Shown here: piece by piece, positions 1-12,685 of the stretch
How the letters are laid out: the number at the start of each line of letters is the position of its first letter
Position numbering within the stretch: position 1 is the first letter of the stretch
Source of the DNA: Ranitomeya imitator
Taxonomy: Eukaryota
Assembly: GCF_032444005.1 (NCBI RefSeq)
Contig: NC_091284.1
Span: 640,150,001-640,214,000, forward strand
Length of the DNA: 64,000 nucleotides
Reading direction: 5' to 3'
Program-made: the position numbers and the translations under genes
The notes under the pieces: generated by a model
Seen by the model: only the letters and a program-made list of their open reading frames with translations
Told to the model about the DNA's origin: nothing
The model's database searches: none

Positions 1-401
1 GCATAGTTATTACCTTAATGAGCGATACCACGTGACCACTCAGCACAAGAACAGCTGCCGCGCCGGTACAATGGAGATTCAGTGATGGTGCAAGGAGAGT
101 GGGTAGGAGCGGGAGAGGGTGAGCCATGCATACAATGATGGGAAGGGCCTGGGGGAGCCATACATACAGCGATGGGACCGGGGGAGTCATGCATACAGTG
201 ATGTGACCGGGGGAGCCATGCATACAACAGGGGGAGCCACACATACCAGGACAGGACGGGGGAGCTGTGTATAACAGGACAAGGATGAGGGGACAATGTA
301 TACCCGGCTTATACTCGAGTCAATAAGCTTACCCAGTTTTCCATGGCAAAATTAGGTGCCTCGGCTCATACTTGGGTCGGCTCCTACTCAAGTAAATACG
401 C
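1..401. mobile_element. Right end of a non-autonomous pogo/Tc1-mariner-type DNA transposon with internal GGGGAGCCATGCATAC-type short tandem repeats
   Basis: Ends ...CTTATACTCGAGTCAATAAG...CTACTCAAGTAAATACGC followed by TA; degenerate ~30-bp repeats at ~100-290. Left end is outside the window. Confidence 0.6.
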
Positions 402-1871
402 TAAGTAAAATAATACTCTAAAAGAGGAATTGATGTTTATATTTTGTATTCAAATTCAATACGGGAAAGCTTGTAATTGTTTGTAAAATCTGTATGTGGG
501 GAAGACAAAGGAGGGGACCCCTATGATCTTACACTCATCAGCATTTATAAAAAAAAATATTTTGACTTTCAAGTGGCCAATTATCCCCTTTCTGTATGAA
601 ATGATATACAAATACAAATTCACACCCAATGCCTCACTAAAAAAATGTTGATATTCAGTAGAGATTCCATTGAATTGTATTTGAGTAAATTTATTTGCAG
701 TTTGCTGAACCCAAGATTGCATCAGCTAGAGAAAAATCAGGCGTCATCAGGAAAGTTTCCCCGTGATGCCTCCCAGTTGTCACATTATAAGATCGAGAAT
801 GTCAATCAGGAGGGACTATCAAAGCTTTTTAAGAAGCAGAAACAGGAAATGCAGCAGCCATTTTGTGGTAAATCTGGACGTGGCAGCTCACAACTTGGGC
901 ATAGAAATAGGAAAGAAAGCTGTAAAAAACTGAGCAAACCGTACAGACAGTGTGTGACAGCAGAACAGTGAAGAAGATCAGTGTGTGAGGAAAAGAGAAC
1001 AGCGTTATACACATTTGTCTCTGTAATTATGGCCCTTGGAACTCCATTGATCAATAGCGAATTTATTAGCTATTAATACAATTTCTTTGAAAGAAAGCTG
1101 GCTAGTTTGGATTTCAAAAGATTATCTCATCTTTATTATTTAACGTTATTTTCCAGAGTCTTCCTTTTTCCATTTCAAAAGTCTTTTTAAGTGAAAAAAA
1201 AAAAAATAGCTTTCCTAGAAATAGAGAATATTAAAAGCATAATAGACATTACAGCTGACTTCACTGTGACATGTATTCATCCCCAGTCCTTCAACAAATA
1301 ATGAACTGCGAAAGCAGTGACTACATGGTACAATCAATATTCCACAGCCACTCAGCAGAGCATAAGTGCACATCTCATTATGGAGGGCAACAACAAGGTT
1401 TTCAACGAGGACAGACAAAAACAATGAGATTTGTTTATAGACAGCAGATTTCTTTCTTAGAACATACATTTATGCTACATACACACGTAAATTGATTCAC
1501 TAATGCTATAATAATAATACATGTCACCTCCGTAGAAAAGTTCATCGACTGGCACTTCATGGAAAACTAACTAAATGTTAATTTTTCTTCAGGCATACTT
1601 ACTTCCAATGTTATTTGATAATTATTGTTCTCTTTCCTTTAATCTTTTCAGAAGTATTATATGGCAATCATTAGTCAGATACTAGCAACAAGCAAGAAGA
1701 ACAGTTCACTTAGTTCTCATTATGATTATTAAATAAGAAGAAAACTAAGAAGTTTGTTTCAGAGACATCGGCAGATACAGTACATTAGTAGGATGCACGG
1801 TGTGAACTCTGACTGTTCTGCAGAGTTACAGAAAACTTTTATATATAAATACATAAGTATATACAATCTTA

Positions 1872-1875
<4 letters not shown>

Positions 1876-1916
<41 letters not shown>

Positions 1917-1930
1917 CTCTCTCTCTCTCT
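1876..1930. repeat. (TA)n followed by (TC)n microsatellite
   Basis: Directly visible dinucleotide runs. Confidence 0.95.
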
Positions 1931-1946
1931 ATATATAATCCACATA

Positions 1947-2483
1947 AAGCTCTGGCAAAAATTAAGAGACCACCACATCAAAACCCCTTCATGGGCAGCC
2001 CAATCTCCAGACCTGAACCCCACTTAAGACCTCTGGAATACAATCAAGAAGATGATGGATAGTCACACGCCATCAAACAAAGAAGAGCTGCTTAAATTTT
2101 TGCGCCAGAAGCAGTGTAAAAGACTGGTGGAAAGCATGCCAAGACGCATGAAAGCTGTGAATAAAAATCAGGATTATTCCACAAAATATTGATTTCAGAA
2201 CTCCTCCTGAGTTAAAACATTAGCATTGTTGTTTCTAAATGATTATGAACTTGTTTTCTTTGCAGTATTTGAGGTCTGAAAGCACTGGTTTTTTTTTAAT
2301 TTTGACTATTTCTCCTTTTCTGAAAAAAAATACAAAATTTATTGCTTGGAAATTCGGAGACATGTTGTCAGAAGTTTATAGACTAAAAGAACAATTTACA
2401 TTTTACGCAAAAATATACCTATAAAGAGAAAAATCAGACAAACTGAACATTTTGCAGTGGTTTCTTTATTTTTGCCAGAGCTG
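1947..2483 (+). mobile_element. Tc1 internal-deletion derivative
   Basis: TIRs (c/a)AGCTCTGGCAAAAATTAAGAGACCAC / GTGGTTTCTTTATTTTTGCCAGAGCTG, TA on both sides; internal remnant of the transposase C-terminus (SPDLNP-like CCAGACCTGAACCCC). Confidence 0.8.
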
Positions 2484-2566
2484 TATACACACATATGCAC
2501 ACTCATACGGACCTTGTTTCCCCAAAAATAAGACCTACCCAGGATTTTTGGAGTATGCTTAAAATA

Positions 2567-4600
2567 CACTGTGTTCCAAGTTATTATGCAAATTGGATTT
2601 AAGTGTCATAAAGATTTAATTGTTTTGTTTTTCAAATAAACTCATGGATGGTATTGTGTCTCAGGGCTCAATGGATCACTGAAATCAATCTTAAACACAT
2701 GTGATAATTAGTTTTCCAAGTGATTCTAATTAATGGAAAACTACTTAAAAATGATGCTCCATATTATTAAGCAGGCCACAGGTTTCAAGCAATATGGGAA
2801 ATCAAAAGGATCTCTCTGCTGCTTAAAAGTGGTAAATAGTGAAATGCCTTGGACAAGGTATGATAACATTAGATATTTCATGAAAACTTAAGAGTGATCA
2901 TCATACTGTGAAGAGATTTGTGACTGAAACAGAGCACAGATAGAGTTCATGCAGATAAAGGCATAATCAGAAAGGTTTCTGAAAGAAATTCATTGGATTA
3001 AGAGAGCAGCTGCCATAATACCATTACAAAGCAGCAAACAGTTATTTGAAGCTGCTGGTGCCTCTGGAGTCCCTCAAACCTCAAGGTGTAGGATTCTTCA
3101 AAGGCTTGCTGTAGTGTATAAACCTACTATTTGGCCACCCCTAAACAATGTTCACAAGCAGAAATGGTTGCAGTGGGCCCAGACATACAGTACAGACCAA
3201 AAGTTTGGACACACTTTCTCATTTAACCCTAGAAAGCATGACCATAGAAATCTACACTTTCACATACCTAGGGCCTTTTAGGCCTGTGTACAAATAACAT
3301 GGAATAACTCAAATAAAAATACTTTTCAAAGTTTATTTGAAATTGCAAAGTAAGGAAGCATTCCCACTATTAGCGCTGGGGTCTGCCAGGAGGGGATCCG
3401 TAAAGGATCTGACCTCCTGGTGACCCCAGCTAAGGAGGTGCAAAGTAATCATCAAAGCAAAAGGTGGCTACTTTGAAGAACCTAGAATATAAAACATATT
3501 TTCAGTTGTTTCACACTTTTTTGTTAAATATATAATTCACATGTGTGAATTCATAGTTTTGATGCCTTCAGTGTGAATTTACAATTTTCATAGTCATGAA
3601 AATACAGAAAAATCTTTAATGAGAAGGTGTGACCAAACTTTTGGTCTGTACTGTACATGAAGACTAATTTTCAAACAGTCTGTTTACTGATGAGTGTTGA
3701 GCAACCCTGAATGGTCCAGACGGATGGAGTAGTGGCTGGTTGGTGGATGGCCACCATGTCCCAACAAGGCTGCGACATCAGCAAGGAGGTGGAGGAGTCA
3801 TGTTTTGGGCCGGAATCCTGGGGAAACAGCTGGTAGGGCCCTTTAAGGTTCCTGAGGGTGTGAAAATGACCTCTGCAAAGTATATAGAGTTTCTGACTGA
3901 CAACTTTCTTCCATGGTATTAAAAGTAGAAACGTGCCTTCAGGATCAAAATCATCTTCATGCATGACAATGCACTATCTCATGTTGCAAAGAATACCTCC
4001 GAGTCATTGGCTGCTATGGGCATAAAAGGAGATAAACTCATGGTGTGGCCACCATCTTCCCCTGACCTCAACCCTATAGAGAATCTTTGCAGTATCATCA
4101 AGCAAAAGATCTATGAGGGTGGGAGGCAGTTCACATCAAAACAGCAGCTCTGGGAGGCTATTCTGGCTTCATGCAAAGAAATACAAGCAGAAAATCTCCA
4201 TAAACTCACAAGATCAAGGGATGCAAGAATTGTGAAGGTGATATCAAAGAAGGGGTCCTAAGTTAACATGTAACTTGACCTGTTAGGATGTTTTGGAGTT
4301 AAATAGCTTTTCTGTTCAGTGAATGTGACCTCTTAATGCTGCAAATTCCACAAATGAGCATTTTCAGTTCTTTAAAACATATCAAATGTTTAGAAATTCC
4401 ACTGTGCCTAATAATTTGGAACAGTGCGTTTTGAGTTTGTATTCATTTTGGAGATTATATTGTTATCATTGGGAGGTTTCTTCAATAAAATTTGGTGTAT
4501 ACTCTCACGGGTGATGAGTTTTATTAGACTGACTGTCATTTGCACTGACCATTTAGGAAAATCCGAGAAAAATGTCATTTGCATAATTTGGAACACGGTG
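2567..4600 (+). mobile_element. Tc1 element with degenerate DD34E transposase (~2790-4260)
   Basis: TIRs CACTGTGTTCCAAGTTATTATGCAAAT / ATTTGCATAATTTGGAACACGGTG with TA TSD; motifs LFTDE, HQQGGGGVMFWAG, FMHDNA and SPDLNPIENL; stops and frameshifts present. Confidence 0.9.
3188..3653. mobile_element. Tc1-type MITE inserted in the Tc1 transposase
   Basis: TIRs CAGTACAGACCAAAAGTTTGG / CCAAACTTTTGGTCTGTACTG, TA duplicated; removing it restores AQTYMKTNFQTVLFTDE. Confidence 0.9.
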
Positions 4601-5559
4601 TAGAAGCTCTAATCCAAAAATAAGCCTTAGTTACAGTTCAATAAAAAAAAGTGTCCAGGCAGCTAAGAATACAGTAGGACCTTTTATCAAAGAAAGCACA
4701 CATCCCCAAAATCACACTCACCACATCCCAAACAATTAGTTGGCAAGTGTCAATGGTGGATGGGCTCACACATATAACTGCGTCACTGTCAGGTCCCTTG
4801 CACTGCAGCTCTCATATACAGTACGGGTACCAGTTCCACTCCGCTTCCGAGCCCGAGAGTTGTTGCTGCTTCCAGTAACTGGGGGAGCCAAACACTATGG
4901 ACTATAGGGGGACCTGACAGTGATGCAGATTTGTGTGTGTGAGCCCATCCACTTTCAGTACTTCACGACTCTAATTGTTTGGGCTCTGGTGATTGTGATT
5001 CTTTTGGGGTGCCTACTTTCTTTAATGAAGGATGAAGTTCTGCTGTATTCTACTGTATTTACTTTTTTACATTGACCATAACAAAAATTAATCCAACAGA
5101 GGCGCTTTATGGGGAAAAGAAGTCTTTTTATCCAGAGTGTAAAAGTATCATGTAACTAAATTATAGGTAGTGTGTACTGTAGTATCAATAATGGTACAAT
5201 GGAAGCGTTTTATTTTTTACCATAAATGTGGCTATGAAAAAGATCTAATCACAAATGATGCATAGTCATAAATAAATTCTAAAAGTATATCTTTAATACT
5301 TGTATCAAATATCACAAAAAGGGTTAAAAACAAGGAGTACATAATAATTTATTCATGGCTACACTTCATTTGTGAATACTGTAGAGATGTTTAACCTTCT
5401 TACATGTGTACCGGTACAGTAACTGCCTGGACACTTTTATTGATTCTGCTTTTCTTGGTGAATAGATATCCACCATCTAATGCAGTAAGGTATGTACCGG
5501 TAAGCAGAGGAACAAGAAATATATTGTACTGGAATGGTACATTTTGACCCACACACACA

Positions 5560-7761
5560 GCGCGAGTTAAAAAAGAAAGATCTATTCTGTCGAGTACAAG
5601 AAAGGAATCATGAGGGATTCTCTGGGCAAAAATCTTACTGCTTTCTGCAAAGAGAAGATATTAGAAGTCAACAAATGTGTAAGGGATGTGCTAAGCAGCA
5701 CAAGTGTGGATCAGGTCAGCATCCATTATTTCCTGAGCTAGAAGACATAATCTGTAAATGGGTTTTGGTTGAGCACAAAGTTGATATTCAAGAATTTGCC
5801 CTTACAATGGCACCACAATTTGAAGTATCCCCGAAGAATTCAAAGCATCCCAACACTGGTTGGATAGCTTCCTTGTGTGATGTGAACTGTCTTCAAGAAG
5901 ATTCAATTCACAGCAATGTTTAGGCTGGAAGGTATTGAAATTATTAAACGTGCACTTGCATTCAAGTCCTTTGTTGATGACATCGACTTTTCTCAATGCC
6001 AACTTTCCAACATGATTGCAATGGATGAAAATACAGTGTTTTGGGGCTAAAGACCACAAACAACAATTGATCTGTGAGGTGCCTCCTCTATGTTCTCTCC
6101 ACTGGTTTTAAAAGTGAAGGTGTTACCTGTGTTTTGGCAATTCGTCTGGAAGAAACTAATTATTCACCTCTAATCATTACTAGGGGCAAGAAGGAGAAGA
6201 CTGAATGTGTTTCAATAATTTATAATTCTTAAAACCAAAAAAGTCTGGTGCACACAAGCAGTTATGAGGAAATGGGTCGATTTAATGCTGCTGTTTGTTT
6301 TGTGAGGTGGACAAAGAGGCCTGCTAGTCTGGGATTCAGCCAGTACACACTGCACTAAATACATGAAGAACTTCCTTTATGAGTGAAAAAAAGATCAAAT
6401 AATGATTCACGCAGGAATGGCTGCCTATCTCCGGACTCTTGGTATTTCAAAAAAACAAGTCATTCAAGGACCATTTACACACGAAAATTAATAACTATGT
6501 TGAAAACAGATTGGAGAGAAGTCAGTGTGGTAACTTTTTGAAAGCTAGACTGCAAGAAGTTGTGACTTGGGTGAAGAATGTAAGGAAGAAAGTCACTGAC
6601 AGTTGTGTTGCCAATCCGCTACAAGCAGGCTACAAGGACAAGAGGTGCTCATTTAAGAAAAGTGCTATTGCTAGACGTGAGAAATTAGGGCCAATGATTC
6701 TAAAAACAACAAAGTCAGAAGAAATTCAAGATTGAATTCAGGTGTTATGGCTAGCGGAACGCACCAAATAATTAGAGAGAAGGTATGAGGTGCGTTCGCA
6801 GCCCGGGGTCCACCGTGCAGAGAAGGAACGTGCTGCTGAGTAATGACGGACTATATGGCGGTACAATGTGGATACACACATGGGTTAACTTCACCCTGTG
6901 TGAAGGAAGCGAACCCTGTTGCGTCACAGGGCCGTGGCAGTGCACAAAGAGCGCAAGCAAGGAATCACCGAACTCTATCCCAGGACACAGGATTAGAGTT
7001 TGTGCAGACCTCTTGCGCTCAACACACAATTGGGGTATCAGAGTAACTGAGAAAGCAACTTAAATGCACAAGAACGCGTGCAGTGCCACTCTGGCGGACG
7101 CCACTAACCACCCAGACTTGGGTAAGGAAAGCGCTCTAATAGCACACGGTGCCGCACTGGTGGTCACAGCAATTAGACACTGTTTTGTGTGTTATTGTGC
7201 TGATAGCTCAGCCGGGCACTAGATAGCAGACATCCACCTTACGTGAGCAGTCATACACAAGGGAGGGGATGTTTAAAGAACGACATGCATTCATCAACAC
7301 ACACACACGTTTTCAAATGTACACTATTGCATGGCTGAGCGGCCATGCAAACCTTTTATAGCAGCAGTGCAACAAGACCTTCCAGATGGACCAATAGGAG
7401 CCGCAACAGGACCTGAGCATGTGACCCCCGACCTCCAATGGGAGGTCGTCCCATGGGCATGCTCAGTATGAGAAAAGCAGGACTTAGTCCCAGAAAGGCC
7501 TGCTCACTGTTGATCACTGCTGGCTACAAAGACAAAGCCTGGAAGGGCAGCAGTAACCAGTCATCCAGTATCAGCCCAAGCTAGACACTAGGACTGACCT
7601 CTCCGCTTAGCAGGCTCCACTGCAGCTGGAGAAGAATGGGAGACCGCAGCGGAGATGGTTCGAGATTCCCCCCGTGCAGAGGCAGGAACTCGACAACTAA
7701 CATCAGGGTTTGGAAAGGTATGATGAGGTTCCAGAAAATGATGACGTGATCATATTTGAAT
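5560..7761 (+). pseudogene. pogo-like transposase remnant (N-terminal DNA-binding region, CENP-B-type HTH, DDE_1), split by a solo LTR
   Basis: KRKIYSVEYKKG; CGSGQHPLFPELEDIICKWV; IAMDE; LLVWDSASTH followed by 35 residues then G at the expected third D (RTLG); KSFKDHL. The C-terminus GLERYDEVPENDDVIIFE* resumes after 7707. Multiple stops and frameshifts. Confidence 0.8.
6743..7702 (-). mobile_element. Gypsy-type solo LTR (960 bp)
   Basis: TG...CA ends, 5-bp TSD TCAGG (6738-6742 / 7703-7707); homologous to the LTR at 40785-41761. Confidence 0.92.
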
Positions 7762-8494
7762 AAATGTTGATTTTTGTCCATGAATACCAGTTAATGTAGA
7801 TTGTTGCACATGGGAAAAGGAAATACCCTAGGATCTCATGATGTAATTCAGGGTTTGGAGAGTGACTATTCTCTAGAATGTGATGACATAATTATATTTG
7901 AATAAATATTGATGTTTCGTTCAAGAATAAAGGTGAATTGTTGTTCATGGAAAAAAAAAAAAGACATCCCTGGAACATAAGCCACAACTCATCTTTTGGA
8001 GCACAAAATAATATAAGACCCTGCCTTATTTTCGGAGACACACAAACATACACACAAGTATGCACATATTTATATAACCCCTGGTTTGTCAGAAGAAACC
8101 AATTGAAGGCATTGTGGGAAACCATGATCATACAGTTTGGTCGGAATGGTGTCATAAATGGTTGTAAAGGAGGGAACGCCAGGTTTATTTTCATTCAATT
8201 GTCATGTAATTGATTTCTGTCCACGTTCTGCACTAATCCCTTGGTACATCTACATTAGCATATAAATACACGCTTGGTGAAAATGAAGGGACAGTCCGCA
8301 GGTTAGATAGGGAAAATAGCTACATTTGAGGCTAATCAAAAGAGAAAGGGAAACCTTGCACAGCCATCGGGGGTTCCTTAAAATGGTTAAAGATTCAATA
8401 TTGCAAAATTACATAAACTTAAGCAAAAAGTATATCTACTGGAGCAAAAAATAAAGAAAACCAATTGTGCCATATACCATTAAATACTGTATTA

Positions 8495-9218
8495 GGCCTC
8501 ATTCAGACATCTTTGATTTTCACAGATACAAAAACTTGGTAACTTTTGTTCGTGGGATGTGAAGGTGCCCCAGTAGCTAGACCCCCACCTATGTGACTAT
8601 TCTGGAAAAACTTTTAAAACAATTGGTACAAATTAAAAAAAAAAAATCAGAATGGAAGGTTTCACACTTCACACATCTGGCATACTTGTTATGCTATTGA
8701 AGACTCAGACATGACCTGTATGTTCATGCCGTAAAGAAGAAATCCGTCTCAATTCTATGGCAGGAATGATTGCCATTTCCACTGAATGCATTTGCCATTC
8801 TGATAAAGTTAGAGTGCAGATATTATGGGAGATTATAAATGCATTCTAATTTTGTGAACAGCCCTGTCAAAGCTGATTTCAACATTGTATTACGGATAGA
8901 TGAAATCAGGCTGAGCGCATTCATTTCAAGTAGTGGAATTATTTTCACGTAAAAAGGAAAGTGTTTTTTTTCTTAACCTAGTTCAAGTGAATGGATAGAA
9001 ACAGGCTTTTTACCGTTTACCCTGAAGAGCTAGTTTGGATCCTCACATTGCATGAAACATAGTGATCAGACCATGGGACTACGGACTGGTGCCTGCGCTG
9101 TCCAGCACAAGAACCGATGCTCCAGGCAGGTGGGAATAATTCCAATGCAAAAAAAATGGGATCAGTTCATTTACGAATTTCTGTGATGAGACAGAACTCC
9201 CTACATGTGGACGCGGCC
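8495..9218. mobile_element. Harbinger-like non-autonomous element
   Basis: Starts TTA|GGCCTCATTCAGACATC and ends ...GGACGCGGCC; related in opposite orientation to 12172-12572. Confidence 0.5.
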
Positions 9219-9223
9219 TCAGA

Positions 9224-9620
9224 GAGAATCTGTCAGCAGGTTTTCGCTATGTAAACTTTGGACAGCAGGAAGTAGAGCCTGACACAAATTTCAAGGATGT
9301 GTCACTTATTAGGCTGTGTGCTGTTTCCATACAATGAAGGTTATATCACTAGGAGATTATCACTGCCCTGACTACAGCTCACGTTAGCTCTGGTCTGACT
9401 CTGCGCCCTCCTATGATAAGCAGCGCAATATCAATAGACAGTGTACATAGATAGCTATGCTATGAGCGGGATTTATTTTCTGAGCTCTGCTACATCTAAA
9501 AACTCTGATATGTGCTCATTCAGTTCCCATTTTTTCTTTACATATAAATTCTATCCATATTTCTTGAAAGCATTTTTCAAGATTTTTTTTTCCTGCATAG
9601 ACTTGCTGAGGTTGAAAACA
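9224..9620. mobile_element. T2/Kolobok-type MITE fragment
   Basis: Starts GAGAATCTGTCAGCAGG; internal sequence shared with 11206-11608 and 38156-42223; right end degenerate. Confidence 0.55.
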
Positions 9621-9634
9621 CCAAACTGAGCCAA

Positions 9635-11068
9635 AGGATCATTCAGCCATCAGTTACTTTTCTCGCACGCATACAACAGTCTGAATGTTAACAGTGTGTT
9701 TGATCAGCCATTTGGTCAGAGTTTGGTCAGTGCCTGTTTTTATCACCAGAGTTTGGGAACTTTTCAGAATATTTTCCCACGCTCGAGTTCATATGAGGAC
9801 ATCCAGCAGAGGGCGCATCACCACAACTGAAGGTAACTACAGGTCATTGACCTACATTCCATTCATTCCCCAGGGTTTTACAGGCAGGAGCACAGCTGCA
9901 TTAGCAGAGCTTCTGCTTGTAAAATTAGTTAACCCTTTCAGATGGATTTACAGAGTGGGACGAGACTGATCATCGGAAGGTATGGGATATTGTTGTTTTT
10001 TTATTTTACCTTTTTTACAGAACGAGGGTCTTCAGGTGGATTACCAGTATAATAAAATATTACAAAAGCCTGTGTATTTATTTCATTAAAATACTTTGTA
10101 ATAATGTGTGTGTTTTTTTTAACCATTTCATACTATTGGATTAATAATGGATAGGTGTCATAATTGACGCCTCTCCATTATTAATCTGGCTTAATGTCAC
10201 CTTACAATAGCAAGGTGACATTAACCCTTCATTACCCCATATCCCACCACTACACGGGAATGGGAAGAGAGTGGCCAAGTGCTAGAATAGGCGCATCTTC
10301 TAGATGTGCCTTTTCTGGGGTGGCTGGGAGCAGATGTTTTTAGCCGGGGGGGGGGGGGGGCAATAACCATGGCCCCTCTCCAGGCTGTTAATATCTGCCC
10401 TCAGTCACTGGCTTTACCAATTTTTTCCGCGATTTAACCCTTTAATTTAATAGCTAGAGCGCTTAAATTTTGCACATACACACTACTAACATTAGTAGTG
10501 TGGAGTGTGGAATATGCAAAAAAAAAGGGATATGAGATGGTTTACTGTATGTAAACCATGTCTCATATCATGTCGGGTTTGGGAAGGAGATAGCAAAAGC
10601 CGACAATTGAATTACCGGCTTTTCTCCTATCTAGCGCTGTATGAGATATTAATATATATATGCGCCTCACTGACATATATATATATATATATATACCCCT
10701 ATTCTATGTGTACACATTTATATTAGCTATTCTATTCTAACCTGTCAGTGTGATATTACTGTACACCGCACTGAATTGTCGGCTTTTCTATAGAACACCG
10801 CTGCGTATTTCTTGCAAGTCACAGTGCTGGTCCGTGTGTAATCCGTATTTTTCTGGCCCCCATAGACTTTCAATGGCGTATATTTTTTGCGCAATACAGT
10901 GACAAACGCAGCATGCTGCGTTTTTCTACGGCCGTAGAAGATCGTATAATACGGATCAGTAAAATACGGCCGATTGGAGCTGGGGCATAGAAAAGCATTG
11001 TACTGTATGCAATCCGTATTTTCAGCACTTCTCTTACGTCCATAAAACACGCTATTGTGAGGCCGGCC
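9635..11068. mobile_element. Non-autonomous DNA transposon, probably Harbinger-like
   Basis: Ends GTGAGGCCGGCC|TTA; internal CCGTATTT-rich inverted motifs at 10840-11040. Left boundary approximate. Confidence 0.4.
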
Positions 11069-11205
11069 TTACAGACAGAAATCAGTTGCCCAGCACAAGA
11101 CCTGATGCTCCAGATAGGTGTGACTGATCTCATTGCAAAAACTGGGATCAGTTCTTTCAAGAGTATCTGATGACACAAACTTGCCATATGTGGACCCAAC
11201 CATAA

Positions 11206-11608
11206 AGGAAATCTGTCTGGAGATTTTTGCTATGTAATTTGAAGACAACAGGAGATAGAGGCTGAAACACAGATTTCAATGATGTGTCACTTGTTTGGCT
11301 GTGTGCTGTTTACTTACAATATAGGTTTTATCACCTGGTGATTATCCCTGCTACACTGGAGCTCTCCTGAGCATTGGTTCAACTCAGACCCTCTATTTAA
11401 TAAAGAGCTCACTGTCAATAATCAATATACATACAGAGCTGGTGTAGGTAAGTTTAGCTTTCTGAGCTCTACTTCCTGCAAAATCTAAAAACTTGGTCAA
11501 AACTTCTGAACCCAGTAAAATAAGTGACACATCACTGGAATTAAAGTCACTTGCCCTATGTAATGCTACTTTCAGATTCAATAAAAAAAACCTGGTGACA
11601 GGGTCCCT
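11206..11608. mobile_element. T2/Kolobok-type MITE
   Basis: TIRs AGGAAATCTGTC / GACAGGGTCCCT, flanked by ATAA and TTAA. Confidence 0.75.
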
Positions 11609-11792
11609 TTAATAAGGGCTCATTCAGTCATCCGTTTTATTCGTGTGAGTCCTATCCATTTTTCTAACTTATTATTGTCTGTAAAGCTGTTCACATATTG
11701 GTGTTTTTTTGTCAACAGTTCAATACACTAACAGGCTAGAAATACAGATAGAATTCGTAACTGAAAAACTGACGACCAAAAGAGTTTATTTT

Positions 11793-12167
11793 AGGGAATC
11801 TGTTACCAGGTTTTTGCTACCACATGTGACAGCAGCAAAATGTAGGAAAACGGACCCTGAACCCACTTAGTTTGCCGGGTACAGCAGTTGTGACACAATC
11901 AGAGTTTTTAGATGCAGCAGAGCTCAGAAAGCTACTCCCACTCATAACACAGCTTTCTATGTACACTGTCTATTGACAGTGAGCTGCTTATCATAGGAGG
12001 GGGCAGAGTCAGACCAGTGCTAACGTGCACTGTAGTCTAGGCAGTGATAATCTCCTAGTGATAAAACCTTCATTATATGGAAACAACAGCACACAGCCTA
12101 ATCTGTGTCAGCTTCTACTTAGTGCTGTCCTAAGAGTACATAGCAAAACCCCGCTGACAGATTCCCT
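11793..12167. mobile_element. T2/Kolobok-type MITE
   Basis: TIRs AGGGAATCTGTTA / TGACAGATTCCCT; same family as 11206-11608 in opposite orientation. Confidence 0.75.
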
Positions 12168-12171
12168 CTGA

Positions 12172-12572
12172 GGCCAGGTCCATAATTGGCCAGTTCTGTG
12201 TCGTCACAGAAATCCATGAATGAACTGATCCCATTTTTGCAATGGAATCATTCACCCCTATCTGAACAACTGCAGTCCGGAGTCACATGACCTGATCACT
12301 ATGTTTCATGCAATGTGAGGATTAGTGATGAGCGAATATACCCGTTACTCGAGATTTCTCGAGCACGCTCGGGGGTCCTCCGAGTATTTTTTAGTGCTCG
12401 GAGATTTAGTTTTTCTTGCCGCAGCTGAATGATTTACATTTGATACATTTGATGATTTACATGACAAAAATATCAACATAAACCAAACACTGCTGAAAAT
12501 CTGAGCCAAAACACTGATAAAAATTGGTTTCTTTTTTCATGTCCGTGAAAAACCGGACATCTGAATGAGGCC
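12172..12572. mobile_element. Harbinger-like non-autonomous element with a hAT-like fragment (TAGTGATGAGCGAAT..., ~12324-12430) inside
   Basis: GGCC...GACATCTGAATGAGGCC|TAA ends; inverse of 8495-9218. Confidence 0.5.
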
Positions 12573-12622
12573 TAAGACAGAGGCTGTTATACACATCCAA
12601 GAATAAAGACGCTGGTCCTTAC

Positions 12623-12685
12623 CTGTACAGACTGTCTTACACACGGACTTGGCGTTACAACGTTCCAGAGTTTTACAACAGGGAT
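12623..12685 (-). other. Candidate 63-nt spliced exon, gene unidentified
   Basis: Acceptor TATTCTTGCCCTTTCAG, donor CAG|GTAAGG; open in two frames (IPVVKLWNVVTPSPCVRQSVQ or xPCCKTLERCNAKSVCKTVCT). Not recognised. Confidence 0.3.

Larger units (their letters stand above)
2512..8045 (+). mobile_element. Decayed pogo-superfamily transposon, host of three nested insertions
   Basis: Ends CCTTGTTTCCCCAAAAATAAGAC (2512) and CTTATTTTCGGAGACACAC (~8026-8044) are mutually inverted; contains a pogo transposase remnant; sequence resumes after each nested element. Confidence 0.7.

Noticed and set aside
1215-1469. Hydrophobic minus-strand ORFs (also 829-1014) resembling GPCR transmembrane segments
   Set aside because: No diagnostic motifs (GN, LHxPMY, DRY, NPxxY); hydrophobicity is explained by T-rich sequence.
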